DNA of 64,000 bases from Patescibacteria group bacterium (GCA_049317985.1 JBMOHF010000002.1:29752-93751); one strand, 5' to 3'; counted from the first letter of the stretch, positions 19,139 to 29,322 are shown. The notes: generated by a model not told the origin, from the letters alone. Numbers and translations are program-made.

Positions 19139-19618
19139 TTACGATCTTAACTCAGACACCTTTATGACAAACACTCTAACCGCGTTAGAAAAATTATTTT
19201 TAAAATCTTCTAACAACAAATCCCTAATTTCTAATGGATACACCAGCAAGTTCCTTAATTCACTTAATTTAACCCAAAGCGGTTGGTAATAATCATTTCC
19301 TTTAAGCATCTCCTGGTTTTCAATAGAGTTATCACTTAATTTAGGCTCACCTGAAATATAATCGCATAGGTAAAAATATTGTTCAGTAGTATCGTCATAA
19401 ATATGTTTATACAATAATTTAGCTATTGATATTTTTATTGACGTCTCTTCTTTCAATTCACGACTTACCGCCTGCTCTATTGTTTCTCCCTTTTCAACTC
19501 CTCCACCAGGAAAAACAAAGTATTCCTTTATATTCTTCCGATGAATCAATAAAACTTCATCTCCTTTCAGAAGAATTCCAACAGCTCTTATCCTTTTTGC
19601 GTCATTATTTCCCGTCAT
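19139..19618 (-). CDS. NUDIX hydrolase
   Basis: Nudix box GGGVEKGETIEQAVSRELKEETSI. Confidence 0.8.
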   Translation of the reverse strand: MTGNNDAKRIRAVGILLKGDEVLLIHRKNIKEYFVFPGGGVEKGETIEQAVSRELKEETSIKISIAKLLYKHIYDDTTEQYFYLCDYISGEPKLSDNSIENQEMLKGNDYYQPLWVKLSELRNLLVYPLEIRDLLLEDFKNNFSNAVRVFVIKVSELRS

Positions 19619-19626
19619 ATTCCTAT

Positions 19627-20256
19627 CTACAAAACCACTTCTTCACTATTTCCGACAAACGTCATTTTCCCGTCTTCAATATAAAAACATTGGTCGTCTT
19701 TCAAAACTTTTAGAGGGAATTCTAAGGTCTTTGCTTTTTCGATTATTTCGTCCTTTTTATTGTCAGTAAAGTGACACTTTATTAGAAACGGAACGTAGTT
19801 TAGGGCCGTAAAATCCTCAACCCCAAATCGATTTCTACCCAACTTCCAAGCACCAGTTTCCACAGTGGGACACATGAGAGAAGATCCTGAGCTACAACCA
19901 ACATAGCAAAGACCGGCATCAAACAACTTTTTCAAAATCAAATCAAATTTCGTTTACCTCACCGCTTTTAGCAAATAGAAAACATTGCCACCAGAAACTT
20001 GGCACACATTTCTGTCCGCAAAAAAATCGAGAATTTCTTTTTCTGTTTTTCCCTTAATATCGAGCAACTTGAAGTTTATACCAGCAGAAGACATTGAAGA
20101 ATAATATTCTTCCATGTATTTAATATAGGCTTGGTCTTCAGATGCTTTGAAGGCGGTATCGATAATACCTATTTTTAGCTCACCACTAGAAATTCCAAGC
20201 AGGTCATACCCCTTGTCTAATAGATATTTCTCAGTGGAGGCTAAAATAATTTTCAT
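19627..20256 (-). pseudogene. peptidase S51 (PepE-like dipeptidase E) interrupted by one in-frame TAA
   Basis: Two ORFs in the same frame (19954..20256 and 19627..19941) together span a PepE-like protein (SGGNVFYLLKAVR * TKFDLILKKLFDAGLCYVGCSSGS, with the catalytic-Ser SSGS region). A single TAA at 19954..19956 separates them. The downstream ORF only 'starts' at a TTG. Confidence 0.6.
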
Positions 20257-20260
20257 ATTT

Positions 20261-23002
20261 TTATTTTCCGTGGCACTTTTTATATTTCAAACCGCTGCCA
20301 CAAGGACACAAATCGTTTCTCCCAACCCTCACTCCGTCTTCATCTTTTGCTTTTTGAGTGATTAAATCTTTTGGGGAGTTAACATCGCTACCCATTTCTT
20401 TTTGTGCTCCCAAGAAAATTAAAGGTTTTTGTTCTTCTTTGGCAAGAGTAGAAATGGCAGCAGCCATTGTATTAGGATTCATGAAATCGGCAGTCTTATA
20501 GATCGAATAGACGACCTGTTTTTGAATTAGACTGATCAGTTCATGATACATTTGATAAGCTTCTTTTTTGTATTCAACCAACGGGTCGCGTTGACCGTAA
20601 CCACGAAGACCAATCCCGCGACGAAGATAATCAATTGTTTCAAGGTGTTCAACCCAAAGCTGGTCAATTGAACGAATCAAAATACTCTTTTCCATTTCCG
20701 CCACTTCAACGCCAGCAGAGGCAAAAACAATCTTTAGTTTTTCATAAACTTCATTCGACCAAACTAAAATTTCCGCAATCAGGGCGTCACGACTAATATC
20801 GGCATGACCAGTTTTTTCGCTGTATGATAAAATTGTTTTTTCTTGTTCTTCGGATAATGGAAAAATTGTACGGAAAGTTTCAACTACTTCTTTTAAATTC
20901 CAATCTCTCACTTCTCCTGCGCAATGGAAAGAAATTACTGCCTTGATTTCTGCGGCCACCATTTCTAAAACAATATTAGATAAGGTGCGGACTACTTCCC
21001 CCTCTGTCACTTCTTGCTGAGCAGAAATTTCTAAAATTTCTCGGCGACGACGATATATGGCTTCGCGATGCTTGTTAATTACGTCATCGTATTCAACTAA
21101 ATGTTTTCGTTGATCAAAATTGTTTCCTTCCACTTTCTTCTGAGCTCCTTCGATGGAATTGGAAATCATTTTATTCTCAATCGGCATATCGGCCGGAATC
21201 TTCAAAGTTTTCATCAAGTTCTTCATTCGGTCACCACCAAAAATTCTCATCAAATCATCTTCGGTGGAAATATAAAATTGAGAAGATCCTGGATCTCCTT
21301 GACGACCGGCGCGACCGCGCAATTGATTATCAATACGACGTGATTCATGGCGCTCAGTGCCAATAACATGAAGACCGCCAAGAGCTCTCACTTTTTCGCG
21401 TTCTTCTTTGGCTTCCTTAATTGCTTCTTCGTCATCCTGATCTGGGTTACCACCAAGTAAAATATCGACACCACGACCAGCCATATTTGTGGCGAGAGTG
21501 ATTGACCCCAAGCGACCAGCTTGAGAAATAATCTCCGCCTCTTTTTGATGGTTTTTGGCATTCAGCATTTGGGGACGCAAACCTTCGAGCTCCATCATTG
21601 CTGCCAAAACTTCGTTTTTCTCAATTGAAATAGTACCGACGAGAATCGGCTGACCCAATTTGTTTTTTTCTTTAATATCCCTGATTACAGCATGGTATTT
21701 GTCTTCTTCAGTGCGATAGATAAAATCATTCGCATCTTTTCTGATGTTTGGCTGATTTGTTGGGATGACAATGGTTTCTAAGTTGTATATTTTGTGGAAT
21801 TCTTCGGCTTCAGTCAAGGCAGTCCCAGTCATACCGGAAAGCTTGGTATACATTCTAAATAAGTTCTGGAAAGTGATCGTTGCCATGGTTTGGGATTCTT
21901 TCTGGACCTTTACTCCTTCTTTGGCTTCGATTGCTTGGTGCAAACCTTCGCTGTAGCGGCGACCAGGCATCATACGGCCAGTAAATTCATCAACGATGAT
22001 GATTTCCCCATCCTTCACAACATAATCCTTGTCACGTTTAAACAAAGCCCTCGCCTTCAAGGCTTGTTCGCCATGATGAACATCTTTAATGCCACCCATT
22101 ACATAGACATTATCGACTCCTAACCATTTTTCCAATTTTGAAACGCCAGATTCCGAGAAAGTCGCGGCTCGCAATTTTTCATCAACATTATAGTCCTCAT
22201 TTTCCACCAAACGATTGGCAAATTCGGCAAATTTAAAATATTTATCGGTTGATTCTTCGGCGGGTGAACTAATAATCAAAGGCGTGCGAGCTTCATCAAT
22301 AAGAATTGAATCAATTTCATCAACAATGGCATAGTGTAATCCGCGTTGAACAGCTTGGTCGATTGAATAAACCATGTTATCGCGCAAATAATCGAAACCA
22401 AATTCGTTATTAGTCCCATAGGTAATGTCGCAATTATAAGCTGCCTGACGACTTAAGGGCTTGAAGTGCTTCAATCTTTCGTCATATTGAGTGTCATCAG
22501 TATATTCTGGATCATAAGTATAAGCAGCCTCATGAACAATCACGCTAGTTGTTAAACCGAGAGAGTGAAAAACACTGGCCATCCAACCAGCACCAACCCG
22601 AGCTAAATAATCATTCACTGTGATTAAATGCACCCCCTTGCCGGCCAAAGCATTTAAATACAAAGGCAAAGTTGCCACCAAAGTCTTTCCCTCACCAGTT
22701 TTCATTTCCGCAATCTGACCGCGATGCAAAACGATTCCTCCAATTAATTGAACATCATAATGCCTTTGGCCAAGAATTCGAAAAGACGCCTCTCGAACGG
22801 TTGCGAAAGCTTCAGGTAAAAGGTCCTCTAAAGTTTCCCCCTTGGCTAATCTTTCTTTGAATTCAGCTGTTTTTGCCCGTAAATCTTCATCGGATAACAC
22901 CTTAATGCTGGCTTCCAAGTTATTAATCTTTAAAACTTCCAGACGAATACTTTTAATAATTTTTTCGTTCGGGTCCCCGAACAGGGTATTTAATAAATTC
23001 AT
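20261..23002 (-). CDS. secA: preprotein translocase ATPase SecA
   Basis: Walker A MKTGEGKT, DEAD-like DEID, full SecA architecture, and C-terminal SEC-C zinc motif CPCGSGLKYKKCHGK; 913 aa. Confidence 0.95.
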   Translation of the reverse strand: MNLLNTLFGDPNEKIIKSIRLEVLKINNLEASIKVLSDEDLRAKTAEFKERLAKGETLEDLLPEAFATVREASFRILGQRHYDVQLIGGIVLHRGQIAEMKTGEGKTLVATLPLYLNALAGKGVHLITVNDYLARVGAGWMASVFHSLGLTTSVIVHEAAYTYDPEYTDDTQYDERLKHFKPLSRQAAYNCDITYGTNNEFGFDYLRDNMVYSIDQAVQRGLHYAIVDEIDSILIDEARTPLIISSPAEESTDKYFKFAEFANRLVENEDYNVDEKLRAATFSESGVSKLEKWLGVDNVYVMGGIKDVHHGEQALKARALFKRDKDYVVKDGEIIIVDEFTGRMMPGRRYSEGLHQAIEAKEGVKVQKESQTMATITFQNLFRMYTKLSGMTGTALTEAEEFHKIYNLETIVIPTNQPNIRKDANDFIYRTEEDKYHAVIRDIKEKNKLGQPILVGTISIEKNEVLAAMMELEGLRPQMLNAKNHQKEAEIISQAGRLGSITLATNMAGRGVDILLGGNPDQDDEEAIKEAKEEREKVRALGGLHVIGTERHESRRIDNQLRGRAGRQGDPGSSQFYISTEDDLMRIFGGDRMKNLMKTLKIPADMPIENKMISNSIEGAQKKVEGNNFDQRKHLVEYDDVINKHREAIYRRRREILEISAQQEVTEGEVVRTLSNIVLEMVAAEIKAVISFHCAGEVRDWNLKEVVETFRTIFPLSEEQEKTILSYSEKTGHADISRDALIAEILVWSNEVYEKLKIVFASAGVEVAEMEKSILIRSIDQLWVEHLETIDYLRRGIGLRGYGQRDPLVEYKKEAYQMYHELISLIQKQVVYSIYKTADFMNPNTMAAAISTLAKEEQKPLIFLGAQKEMGSDVNSPKDLITQKAKDEDGVRVGRNDLCPCGSGLKYKKCHGK

Positions 23003-23041
23003 AGTAATATCAGTATAATACTCTTTCTTAAATTAATAAAG

Positions 23042-23070
23042 TTGACTAATTTTAAATTATATACTATTTT
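23042..23070 (+). promoter_or_regulatory. sigma70-like promoter for the 23119..23598 gene
   Basis: TTGACT, 17-nt spacer, TATTTT. Confidence 0.35.
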
Positions 23071-23118
23071 AAAAATGGCTCATTTCAAATTTTATAAACA
23101 ATAAAAAAACAAGAATTA

Positions 23119-23598
23119 ATGAAAAAAACTAGAAAATTTTTATTAGACATTTTTCAAATTGGAATTTCTGTTTTACTTTTTTCTCTAACGATTCAATTTT
23201 TTACCCTTGAAAAAGAAATTTGTTTCGATGGAGATTTACTGGGGAGTTTTTGGCTAAATTCGTTTTTAGCAACAACCGGAATTATACTCCTTTACTTCAC
23301 AACCTTACTTCTAAAAAAATTTTTCTCAGAGACTGCGACACTGTTTACGTCATACTTATGGCTAATCATTCTTGCAATATCTTTTCTTTTTACAATCGTA
23401 TCTTCAATATTGATATTATTTGTTTTTAGTGAAATATTTCAGACCGTCGTCACTATTTTTTTCATTAAACTAAGCGCCACAGCAACAATTCTCGTGAACG
23501 CAAATTTCGTTATTAAAATAGTCAAGAAAAGAAAAAAAGAAGAAAAGAGAAAGATCCCGTTATCTTGCTTTCCTTTTACATCAAAAGACAAAGCATAA
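23119..23598 (+). CDS. hypothetical polytopic membrane protein
   Basis: 159 aa with about four hydrophobic helices and a Lys-rich C-terminus; no recognisable family. Confidence 0.45.
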   Translation: MKKTRKFLLDIFQIGISVLLFSLTIQFFTLEKEICFDGDLLGSFWLNSFLATTGIILLYFTTLLLKKFFSETATLFTSYLWLIILAISFLFTIVSSILILFVFSEIFQTVVTIFFIKLSATATILVNANFVIKIVKKRKKEEKRKIPLSCFPFTSKDKA

Positions 23599-23616
23599 AA
23601 AAATTAACTTATTACC

Positions 23617-23652
23617 AAAAGCCCAACTAATTGCTGGGCTTTTTTTATTTTC
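23617..23652. terminator. bidirectional rho-independent terminator between the 23119..23598 gene and hpf
   Basis: AGCCCA-N9-TGGGCT stem flanked by an A-run upstream and a T-run downstream. Confidence 0.6.
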
Positions 23653-23659
23653 TAAAAAT

Positions 23660-23992
23660 TTATTCTTCTTTCGCCTGACGGTGTTTATCGCGAGATTTTT
23701 CTTTATATTTTTTAATTACTAATTCTAAATGGTCTTTCACTTTATCTATTGCTTTATATAAATCAGTCTCGGTTTTTTCGACCCGCAGTAATTCGTGAGG
23801 GACCTGTAAATTTACTTCAGCGCGAAATACTTCACCTTTGTGTTGACCCGGCAAAGATTTTTCAACTTCAAAATCACAATTAATAATTTGAACATCCCCC
23901 AAATATTTTTCGGTCGAATCCATTTTGACCTGAACGTAATCCTTGATAGCCTCAGTAAGTTCCATGTGGGTTCCTTTCAATCTGATATTCAT
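23660..23992 (-). CDS. hpf: ribosome hibernation-promoting factor (HPF/YfiA/RaiA family, short form)
   Basis: MNIRLKGTHMELTEAIKDYV N-terminus and overall S30AE-family pattern; 110 aa. Confidence 0.85.
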   Translation of the reverse strand: MNIRLKGTHMELTEAIKDYVQVKMDSTEKYLGDVQIINCDFEVEKSLPGQHKGEVFRAEVNLQVPHELLRVEKTETDLYKAIDKVKDHLELVIKKYKEKSRDKHRQAKEE

Positions 23993-24047
23993 ATATTTGA
24001 AACCGTCCTAGACAGAGGTTGCCCCCGAAATAAAACGGTGTGATTAA

Positions 24048-25166
24048 TTAACGAAAGATATCCTTATAGGTGACAAGAATCATTAAGAGAATTAATAGCC
24101 AGAAGCCAACCGTATGAACAATTGCTTCTGCCTCTTTTTTTACTGGCGACCCCTTAATCCTTTCAATAAGTAAAAACAAGAGACGCCCGCCATCTAATGC
24201 TGGTAAGGGTAAAATATTAATTACCGCTAAATTTAAGGATAAAAGAGCGACAAAATTAATTAGATATGCAAAACCGAACCGTGCGGCCTCACCAGTCATT
24301 TGGGCAATTTTCACTGGGCCGCCAACAGCATCTCCAGCACCATGTCCAGCAAATAGGCCAGCAATTAATTGATAAAAGGCAACGAATATCGCGACGAGCA
24401 TTAAGATCGCGGCTTTGAAGCCATACCACGGTGTCAAATACCAAGGATAACGAACAGTGCCAATCTCTGAAATTTCTACCCCCAGAACGGAACGATTCAA
24501 ATCTTGGCTAAATGATGGAGAAGCATTTGTTTGATATTCAACTCCAGCTCGACGATAAGTAACAGTGACCGGTTTTGTGGATGAGCTTTTTAAAATATTC
24601 TGAATATCTCCCGCATTAAAGATCGGCTGAGCAGAAATAGTTAAAATTGCATCACCAGCTTTCAAGCCGGCAATTTCTGCCGGTGATTCTTTAAAAACTG
24701 AAACCACTCTGGCTTGACGGTCACTGATATGCATATTGCCAGTGATCTCGGCTCCATCAAGTGAAGCTGGCAAACCAATCCCAAACCCAATACTAAACAG
24801 AACTCCAGCTAAAACGATGTTCATAAACACGCCAGCGAAAAGAATCAAGGCTCGTCGCCAAAGTTCTTGACCAGAGAAACTATCCGTATCAGTGCTATCA
24901 CCATTTTCTCCTTTAATCTTCACAAAACCACCCAGAGGCAAGGCGTTAATTGAATAAATTGTTCCTGGTGCTACCACCTCCTTGTTCCCTTTTATAATAT
25001 GCCACTTGCCCTCAGAATCTTTGTAGTAACCGATTAGGCGAGGTGGAAACCCAAAACCGAATTCTTCGGCCTTCACCCCAAGCCGACGAGCGGTCAAAAA
25101 ATGACCTAACTCATGAACAAAAACGAGCAGCGAAAGAACGAGAATAAAAATTATTGCTGTGATCAT
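24048..25166 (-). CDS. rseP: RIP metalloprotease RseP (site-2 protease, M50)
   Basis: HELGHFLTAR HExxH in the first TM segment, a PDZ-like middle domain and an LDGG motif (PLPALDGGRLLF). Confidence 0.9.
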   Translation of the reverse strand: MITAIIFILVLSLLVFVHELGHFLTARRLGVKAEEFGFGFPPRLIGYYKDSEGKWHIIKGNKEVVAPGTIYSINALPLGGFVKIKGENGDSTDTDSFSGQELWRRALILFAGVFMNIVLAGVLFSIGFGIGLPASLDGAEITGNMHISDRQARVVSVFKESPAEIAGLKAGDAILTISAQPIFNAGDIQNILKSSSTKPVTVTYRRAGVEYQTNASPSFSQDLNRSVLGVEISEIGTVRYPWYLTPWYGFKAAILMLVAIFVAFYQLIAGLFAGHGAGDAVGGPVKIAQMTGEAARFGFAYLINFVALLSLNLAVINILPLPALDGGRLLFLLIERIKGSPVKKEAEAIVHTVGFWLLILLMILVTYKDIFR

Positions 25167-25717
25167 ATAGTCATTATTTCCGCTTCCTTATGGTCGCGGA
25201 TTTCTTTTAATTCATCATTGTGCTTAGTGCTAAATTCATCCATTTCCTTGATAAAACGGAATTTTTCATCCTCCGAAATTTCTTTATCTTCTTCGGCTTT
25301 TTCAATTTCTGTTTTTAAGTCTTCCCGAACAGCACGAATTGAAATGCGGGATTTTTCCATTCGCTCATTAAGCTTTTTAACCAATTCCCGACGATTTTCT
25401 TCGGTTAACGCGGGAACAGTTAGGCGAATTTTATCTCCTTCATTAACGACTCCAAACCCCAAATCCGCTTCCACAATGGCTTTTTCAATTGCCTTAGAGA
25501 CGGTTTTGTCCCAAGGAGCAATAATCATACAACGAGCATCGGCCACCGAAATATTACCAACGGCATTGAGCGGATTTAAAACGCCATAAGCTTCAACTTG
25601 AACATTTTCCAGGGATGCTGGATTAGCCCGGCCGGTGCGCAAAGTTGCGATATCACGTCTAAAAAAATCTAAAACGCTTTCAAAATCTTCTCGCTTGTTT
25701 TCAACATAAGTATTCAT
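25163..25717 (-). CDS. frr: ribosome recycling factor
   Basis: LRTGRANPASLENVQVEAYG ... NISVADARCMIIAPWDK signature; 184 aa. Confidence 0.9.
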   Translation of the reverse strand: MNTYVENKREDFESVLDFFRRDIATLRTGRANPASLENVQVEAYGVLNPLNAVGNISVADARCMIIAPWDKTVSKAIEKAIVEADLGFGVVNEGDKIRLTVPALTEENRRELVKKLNERMEKSRISIRAVREDLKTEIEKAEEDKEISEDEKFRFIKEMDEFSTKHNDELKEIRDHKEAEIMTI

Positions 25718-25736
25718 AGTTTTTATCCTTATTTTA

Positions 25737-26864
25737 TTATTGCTCTTTTACAACTCCTAAATAAATAATTGAGGGGTTTTGGTAATCGACTAACAGTTTA
25801 GAACCAGAACGACCAGTGGGCAATGGCTTGGTGGTCCAGGAAACACCACTATCAGTGGACCGGAAAAGGGTGTTGCTGGTGACATAGTAAATTTCGCTTG
25901 AATCTTTCTGGTTAACCGCTAAGGCGTTAATTGATGTTTGGTTATCGGTAGTTAAAATAGTTAATTTCTCCCAAGTAATTCCTCGGTCCCTTGATCTTGC
26001 CAAGGAAGAGTTTGTCGCGAGGAATAATACACCGTTATCAGTAATTGCGAGGGCGCGGAAATCAGAACCGAGACTCAGACTGCTTAACACTTTATTGTAT
26101 TCCTGCCATTCATTGACCGCAAAATTCTGTTCTATCTCTTCTGAGTTAGCGGGATTAGTTTTTGTGTTACTGATGAATGAATAGACATTAGCATCTCTTG
26201 AAGCAACGAAAATCCGGCGGCTATCTTGTGGACTGATTAATATTTTCATCACCGCTGAGCCGTTTTCAACCGTCTTAATCGCTCGCCAATTGCTTCCGCT
26301 ATCAATACTTTTCAAAATATCACCGCGAGAATTGCCAAGATAAATATTGTGATGGTTATTCCAATCAATCGCGATGGTGGTTAATTTTGCGTTAGGATTA
26401 TCGTCTTGATAAATCTGTTTAAAATCGCGACCACAATTATCAGTTTTTAAAATTTGGTTATCCGATAGAGTGTAGATAGTACATTTATTTTCCGGGTCAA
26501 CCCTTACTACTCTAAGATCCAAATCATCAAGAGAAGGAAGATGATTCCAACCATCCCTCGCATTATTAGTATACCATAGACCTTTACCAAGAATGGAGAG
26601 GTAAAGTGTTTTGTGGTCGTTCGGATCAATTGCAATATCTTGGACATCTTCGGAGCTCAAAGAACGAATTTGCCCATTGACCGTTGGAATGGAAGAGACC
26701 TGAAACCAAGCGTCACCTTTGGTTTCACTCATAAATACTCCACCATCAACCGTTCCATCCAACTTAATTCCTGATGAGGTGAAGGACAAAGAGCAAGCAG
26801 AAAGAATTGGCACCAGAGCCAATAAAAGAAAGAACGAATAAAATTTAGAGAATTTATTATTCAT
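25737..26864 (-). CDS. BNR/Asp-box repeat lipoprotein (sialidase-like beta-propeller)
   Basis: Lipoprotein-type signal (LVPILSACS) and repeated SxDxGxxW boxes (SIDSGSNW, SRDRGITW, STDSGVSW). Confidence 0.6.
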   Translation of the reverse strand: MNNKFSKFYSFFLLLALVPILSACSLSFTSSGIKLDGTVDGGVFMSETKGDAWFQVSSIPTVNGQIRSLSSEDVQDIAIDPNDHKTLYLSILGKGLWYTNNARDGWNHLPSLDDLDLRVVRVDPENKCTIYTLSDNQILKTDNCGRDFKQIYQDDNPNAKLTTIAIDWNNHHNIYLGNSRGDILKSIDSGSNWRAIKTVENGSAVMKILISPQDSRRIFVASRDANVYSFISNTKTNPANSEEIEQNFAVNEWQEYNKVLSSLSLGSDFRALAITDNGVLFLATNSSLARSRDRGITWEKLTILTTDNQTSINALAVNQKDSSEIYYVTSNTLFRSTDSGVSWTTKPLPTGRSGSKLLVDYQNPSIIYLGVVKEQ

Positions 26865-26869
26865 AATTA

Positions 26870-27910
26870 TTATAAATTTATTACCAAACTATCCAAAATA
26901 TTTTTCGGAGAAACATTAGCATCAAGATAATCTTGATGTTTTTTTAATAATTGGCTTTTCGCCAATAAATAGGCATTAATATTCTCAAAATTATCACCCA
27001 GAGAAGCGCCAAGGACTCGCCAAGCTTCTCGGACTTCATTATCTAGGGCAGAAAACTGCAGTAAATCATCATGCGAGGCATTTAACAGTAATAGATCCCG
27101 AAAAACACCTTGCCAAATTTCCAGAATTAAACGCATTTCCCTGCCTGATTCCGAAAATGTTGCTCTTGCACCAATCATTCCCTTCATTAAAGACCAACGG
27201 TCAGAAAGAGGAAGATTAATTAATTTTAGCAAAATACTAGCTAATGACAAATATTTTTGATATATATCTTCATTTTCTAAAAAATGCACCGCTCGCAAGG
27301 GACGGCCAAGCGAAAGGGCGGAAAGATTTTTGGCTTGCGAACGAGAGACACCAAAATTATCTAATAAATAATCGTAAACTTGATTACTGGGTACTTGATA
27401 AAAATTTAACACTTGAGCGCGAGAAATGATAGTTGCCGGCAAGGACTCAAGATTAGTCGTCAAAAGAATAATCAAAACCTTGGCGCGCGGTTCTTCAAGA
27501 GTTTTTAAAAGAGCGTTCGCTGACCCCTCACTGAGCAGTTCCGCCCCTTTTACTAAACCAATCTTATACGAATCAAGAAAAGAACTCATACTGAGAGAAT
27601 GAATAAACTCTCTTGTTGACTCAATGGATATATTTCTTTTTCCTTCTTCACATTTCAAGACATGGAAATCGCTCTCTAAACTAGAGAAGTCCTGATCATT
27701 GCCATTTTTCTTAAGTTCTGGGCGATCGCGGAATAAAAGATTCCGAGCCAAAGCTCTGGCCACCGTTCCCTTCCCAAGGTCGTCCGGGCCACAAAAAATA
27801 TAGACTCTCGCTAATTGATCGTTTTTCAAACTTTCATCCAAAAATGATAAAACCGCTTCGTTCCCGAGCTTTGGCCAGGTAAATTCAAGATTGTCCAGGG
27901 GGCTTTTCAT
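26870..27910 (-). CDS. holB: DNA polymerase III delta-prime subunit
   Basis: AAA+ clamp-loader P-loop (FCGPDDLGKGTVARALA) and a SRAQ/SRC-like sensor region (TIISRAQVLNF). Confidence 0.8.
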   Translation of the reverse strand: MKSPLDNLEFTWPKLGNEAVLSFLDESLKNDQLARVYIFCGPDDLGKGTVARALARNLLFRDRPELKKNGNDQDFSSLESDFHVLKCEEGKRNISIESTREFIHSLSMSSFLDSYKIGLVKGAELLSEGSANALLKTLEEPRAKVLIILLTTNLESLPATIISRAQVLNFYQVPSNQVYDYLLDNFGVSRSQAKNLSALSLGRPLRAVHFLENEDIYQKYLSLASILLKLINLPLSDRWSLMKGMIGARATFSESGREMRLILEIWQGVFRDLLLLNASHDDLLQFSALDNEVREAWRVLGASLGDNFENINAYLLAKSQLLKKHQDYLDANVSPKNILDSLVINL

Positions 27911-27968
27911 AAGTATACTATACCAAATCAGTTGATTTTTGGCTAATAAATTGCTACCTTATTATTAT

Positions 27969-29297
27969 ATGAAAAAAGCTAGACAACTATTTCTTCTCTT
28001 TGGAGACTTCCTGATTTTAAACCTCGCCTTGGCGATTACCATCTTTATTCGTTATCGAATAATCGGTCAAGATTCAAGTGGTCTAAAAAGAATCTTGGAA
28101 ATACACCAAGGACCTTTTGCAATAGTTTTTTTGATCTGGCTTTTATGTTTTTACGTTGGCGGTCTTTATAAACCATCAACCCTGGCTAATACTCGAAGCT
28201 TCAATCGCAACGCTCTTTCGGTGATTGCCGTTGCTTCAATTTTTTCAGTAATCTTCTTTTATTTACGTGCCAGTGAAATCACCCCAAAAACTACACTTTT
28301 TATCTTTATTATTGTTTTCACCATAATTTTTCTTCCTTGGCGCCGTTTCTATAATATTTTATTAAAATCCTACTTACCAAGAAACAAAGTCATTTTTATT
28401 GGCGAAAGTCTGCCAGCGACTAAATTAAGAGAACAATTAGACCAAACTCCTCAATTTGGTTGGAAGAACGAGGGGTTTGTTGCTAGCGATGATATCTCAA
28501 AACTTAGCCAAATAGTCCTGGACAAAGGAATAAAAACTATTATTCTTAATGATCGTATTGTTAGTGAAGAAGCGCAACAGGCTTTGTTTGATTGTTTGAA
28601 GCTTAAAGTTAATTTTTATAGTTTTCCACATTTTTACGAATTAGTTACCGGCAAGATTCCTGTCGAAGAAATTGATCGCTCCTGGTTCTTGGAAAATCTT
28701 AATGAAGGAAAGAGAAAATACTACAACATTTTCAAAAAAACTTACGACCTTATTAGCGCGACGCTTGCCTTGGCAATCTCACTACCCTTTTGGCCAATTA
28801 TTGCGCTCTTAATTAGAATTGACAGCCGAGGGCCAATTTTCTTTACTCAAAGGCGTTTAGGGGAGAACGAGGAGGTCTTCAAAATGTTGAAGTTCCGCAC
28901 CATGAAAGTCGCCGGCAATACTGGTCTAATGACGGCAGAAAATGATCCACGGATCACAAAGATTGGTAATTTTTTACGCAAGACGCGCGTAGATGAAATT
29001 CCTCAGCTCTTAAACATTTTGAAAGGTGACATGAGTTTTATTGGACCTCGCCCTGAAAGACCGGAATTGGTGGTTAAACTAGCCGAGAGGGTTCCCTTCT
29101 ACAAGACTAGGTTACTGGTGAAGCCAGGTATCACAGGCTGGGATCAGGTTTCCGGAATTTATCATTCACCATCGTTTGAAGATACTTTGGAAAAATTACA
29201 ATACGATTTATTTTATTTAAAGCACCGCTCTCCTTATCTCGATCTCACAATTGTTCTCAAGACAATTGCGACGGTTTTAAGTAAAGGGGGGAGGTAG
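27969..29297 (+). CDS. polyprenyl-phosphate sugar phosphotransferase (WbaP/WcaJ-type bacterial sugar transferase)
   Basis: N-terminal TM helices plus a C-terminal bacterial sugar-transferase domain (PIFFTQRRLGENEEVFKMLKFRTM...DEIPQL...GDMSFIGPRP). Start placed at MKKARQ. Confidence 0.85.
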   Translation: MKKARQLFLLFGDFLILNLALAITIFIRYRIIGQDSSGLKRILEIHQGPFAIVFLIWLLCFYVGGLYKPSTLANTRSFNRNALSVIAVASIFSVIFFYLRASEITPKTTLFIFIIVFTIIFLPWRRFYNILLKSYLPRNKVIFIGESLPATKLREQLDQTPQFGWKNEGFVASDDISKLSQIVLDKGIKTIILNDRIVSEEAQQALFDCLKLKVNFYSFPHFYELVTGKIPVEEIDRSWFLENLNEGKRKYYNIFKKTYDLISATLALAISLPFWPIIALLIRIDSRGPIFFTQRRLGENEEVFKMLKFRTMKVAGNTGLMTAENDPRITKIGNFLRKTRVDEIPQLLNILKGDMSFIGPRPERPELVVKLAERVPFYKTRLLVKPGITGWDQVSGIYHSPSFEDTLEKLQYDLFYLKHRSPYLDLTIVLKTIATVLSKGGR

Positions 29298-29322
29298 AAA
29301 GGTTTTTTTGTAAGATAAAAAT

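Noticed and set aside
19939-19956. Possibility that the in-frame TAA in the PepE-like gene reflects stop-codon reassignment.
   Set aside because: Most other genes in the window have full-length translations under the standard code and appear to terminate with TAA. A single nonsense codon is better explained by pseudogenisation or a base-call error.
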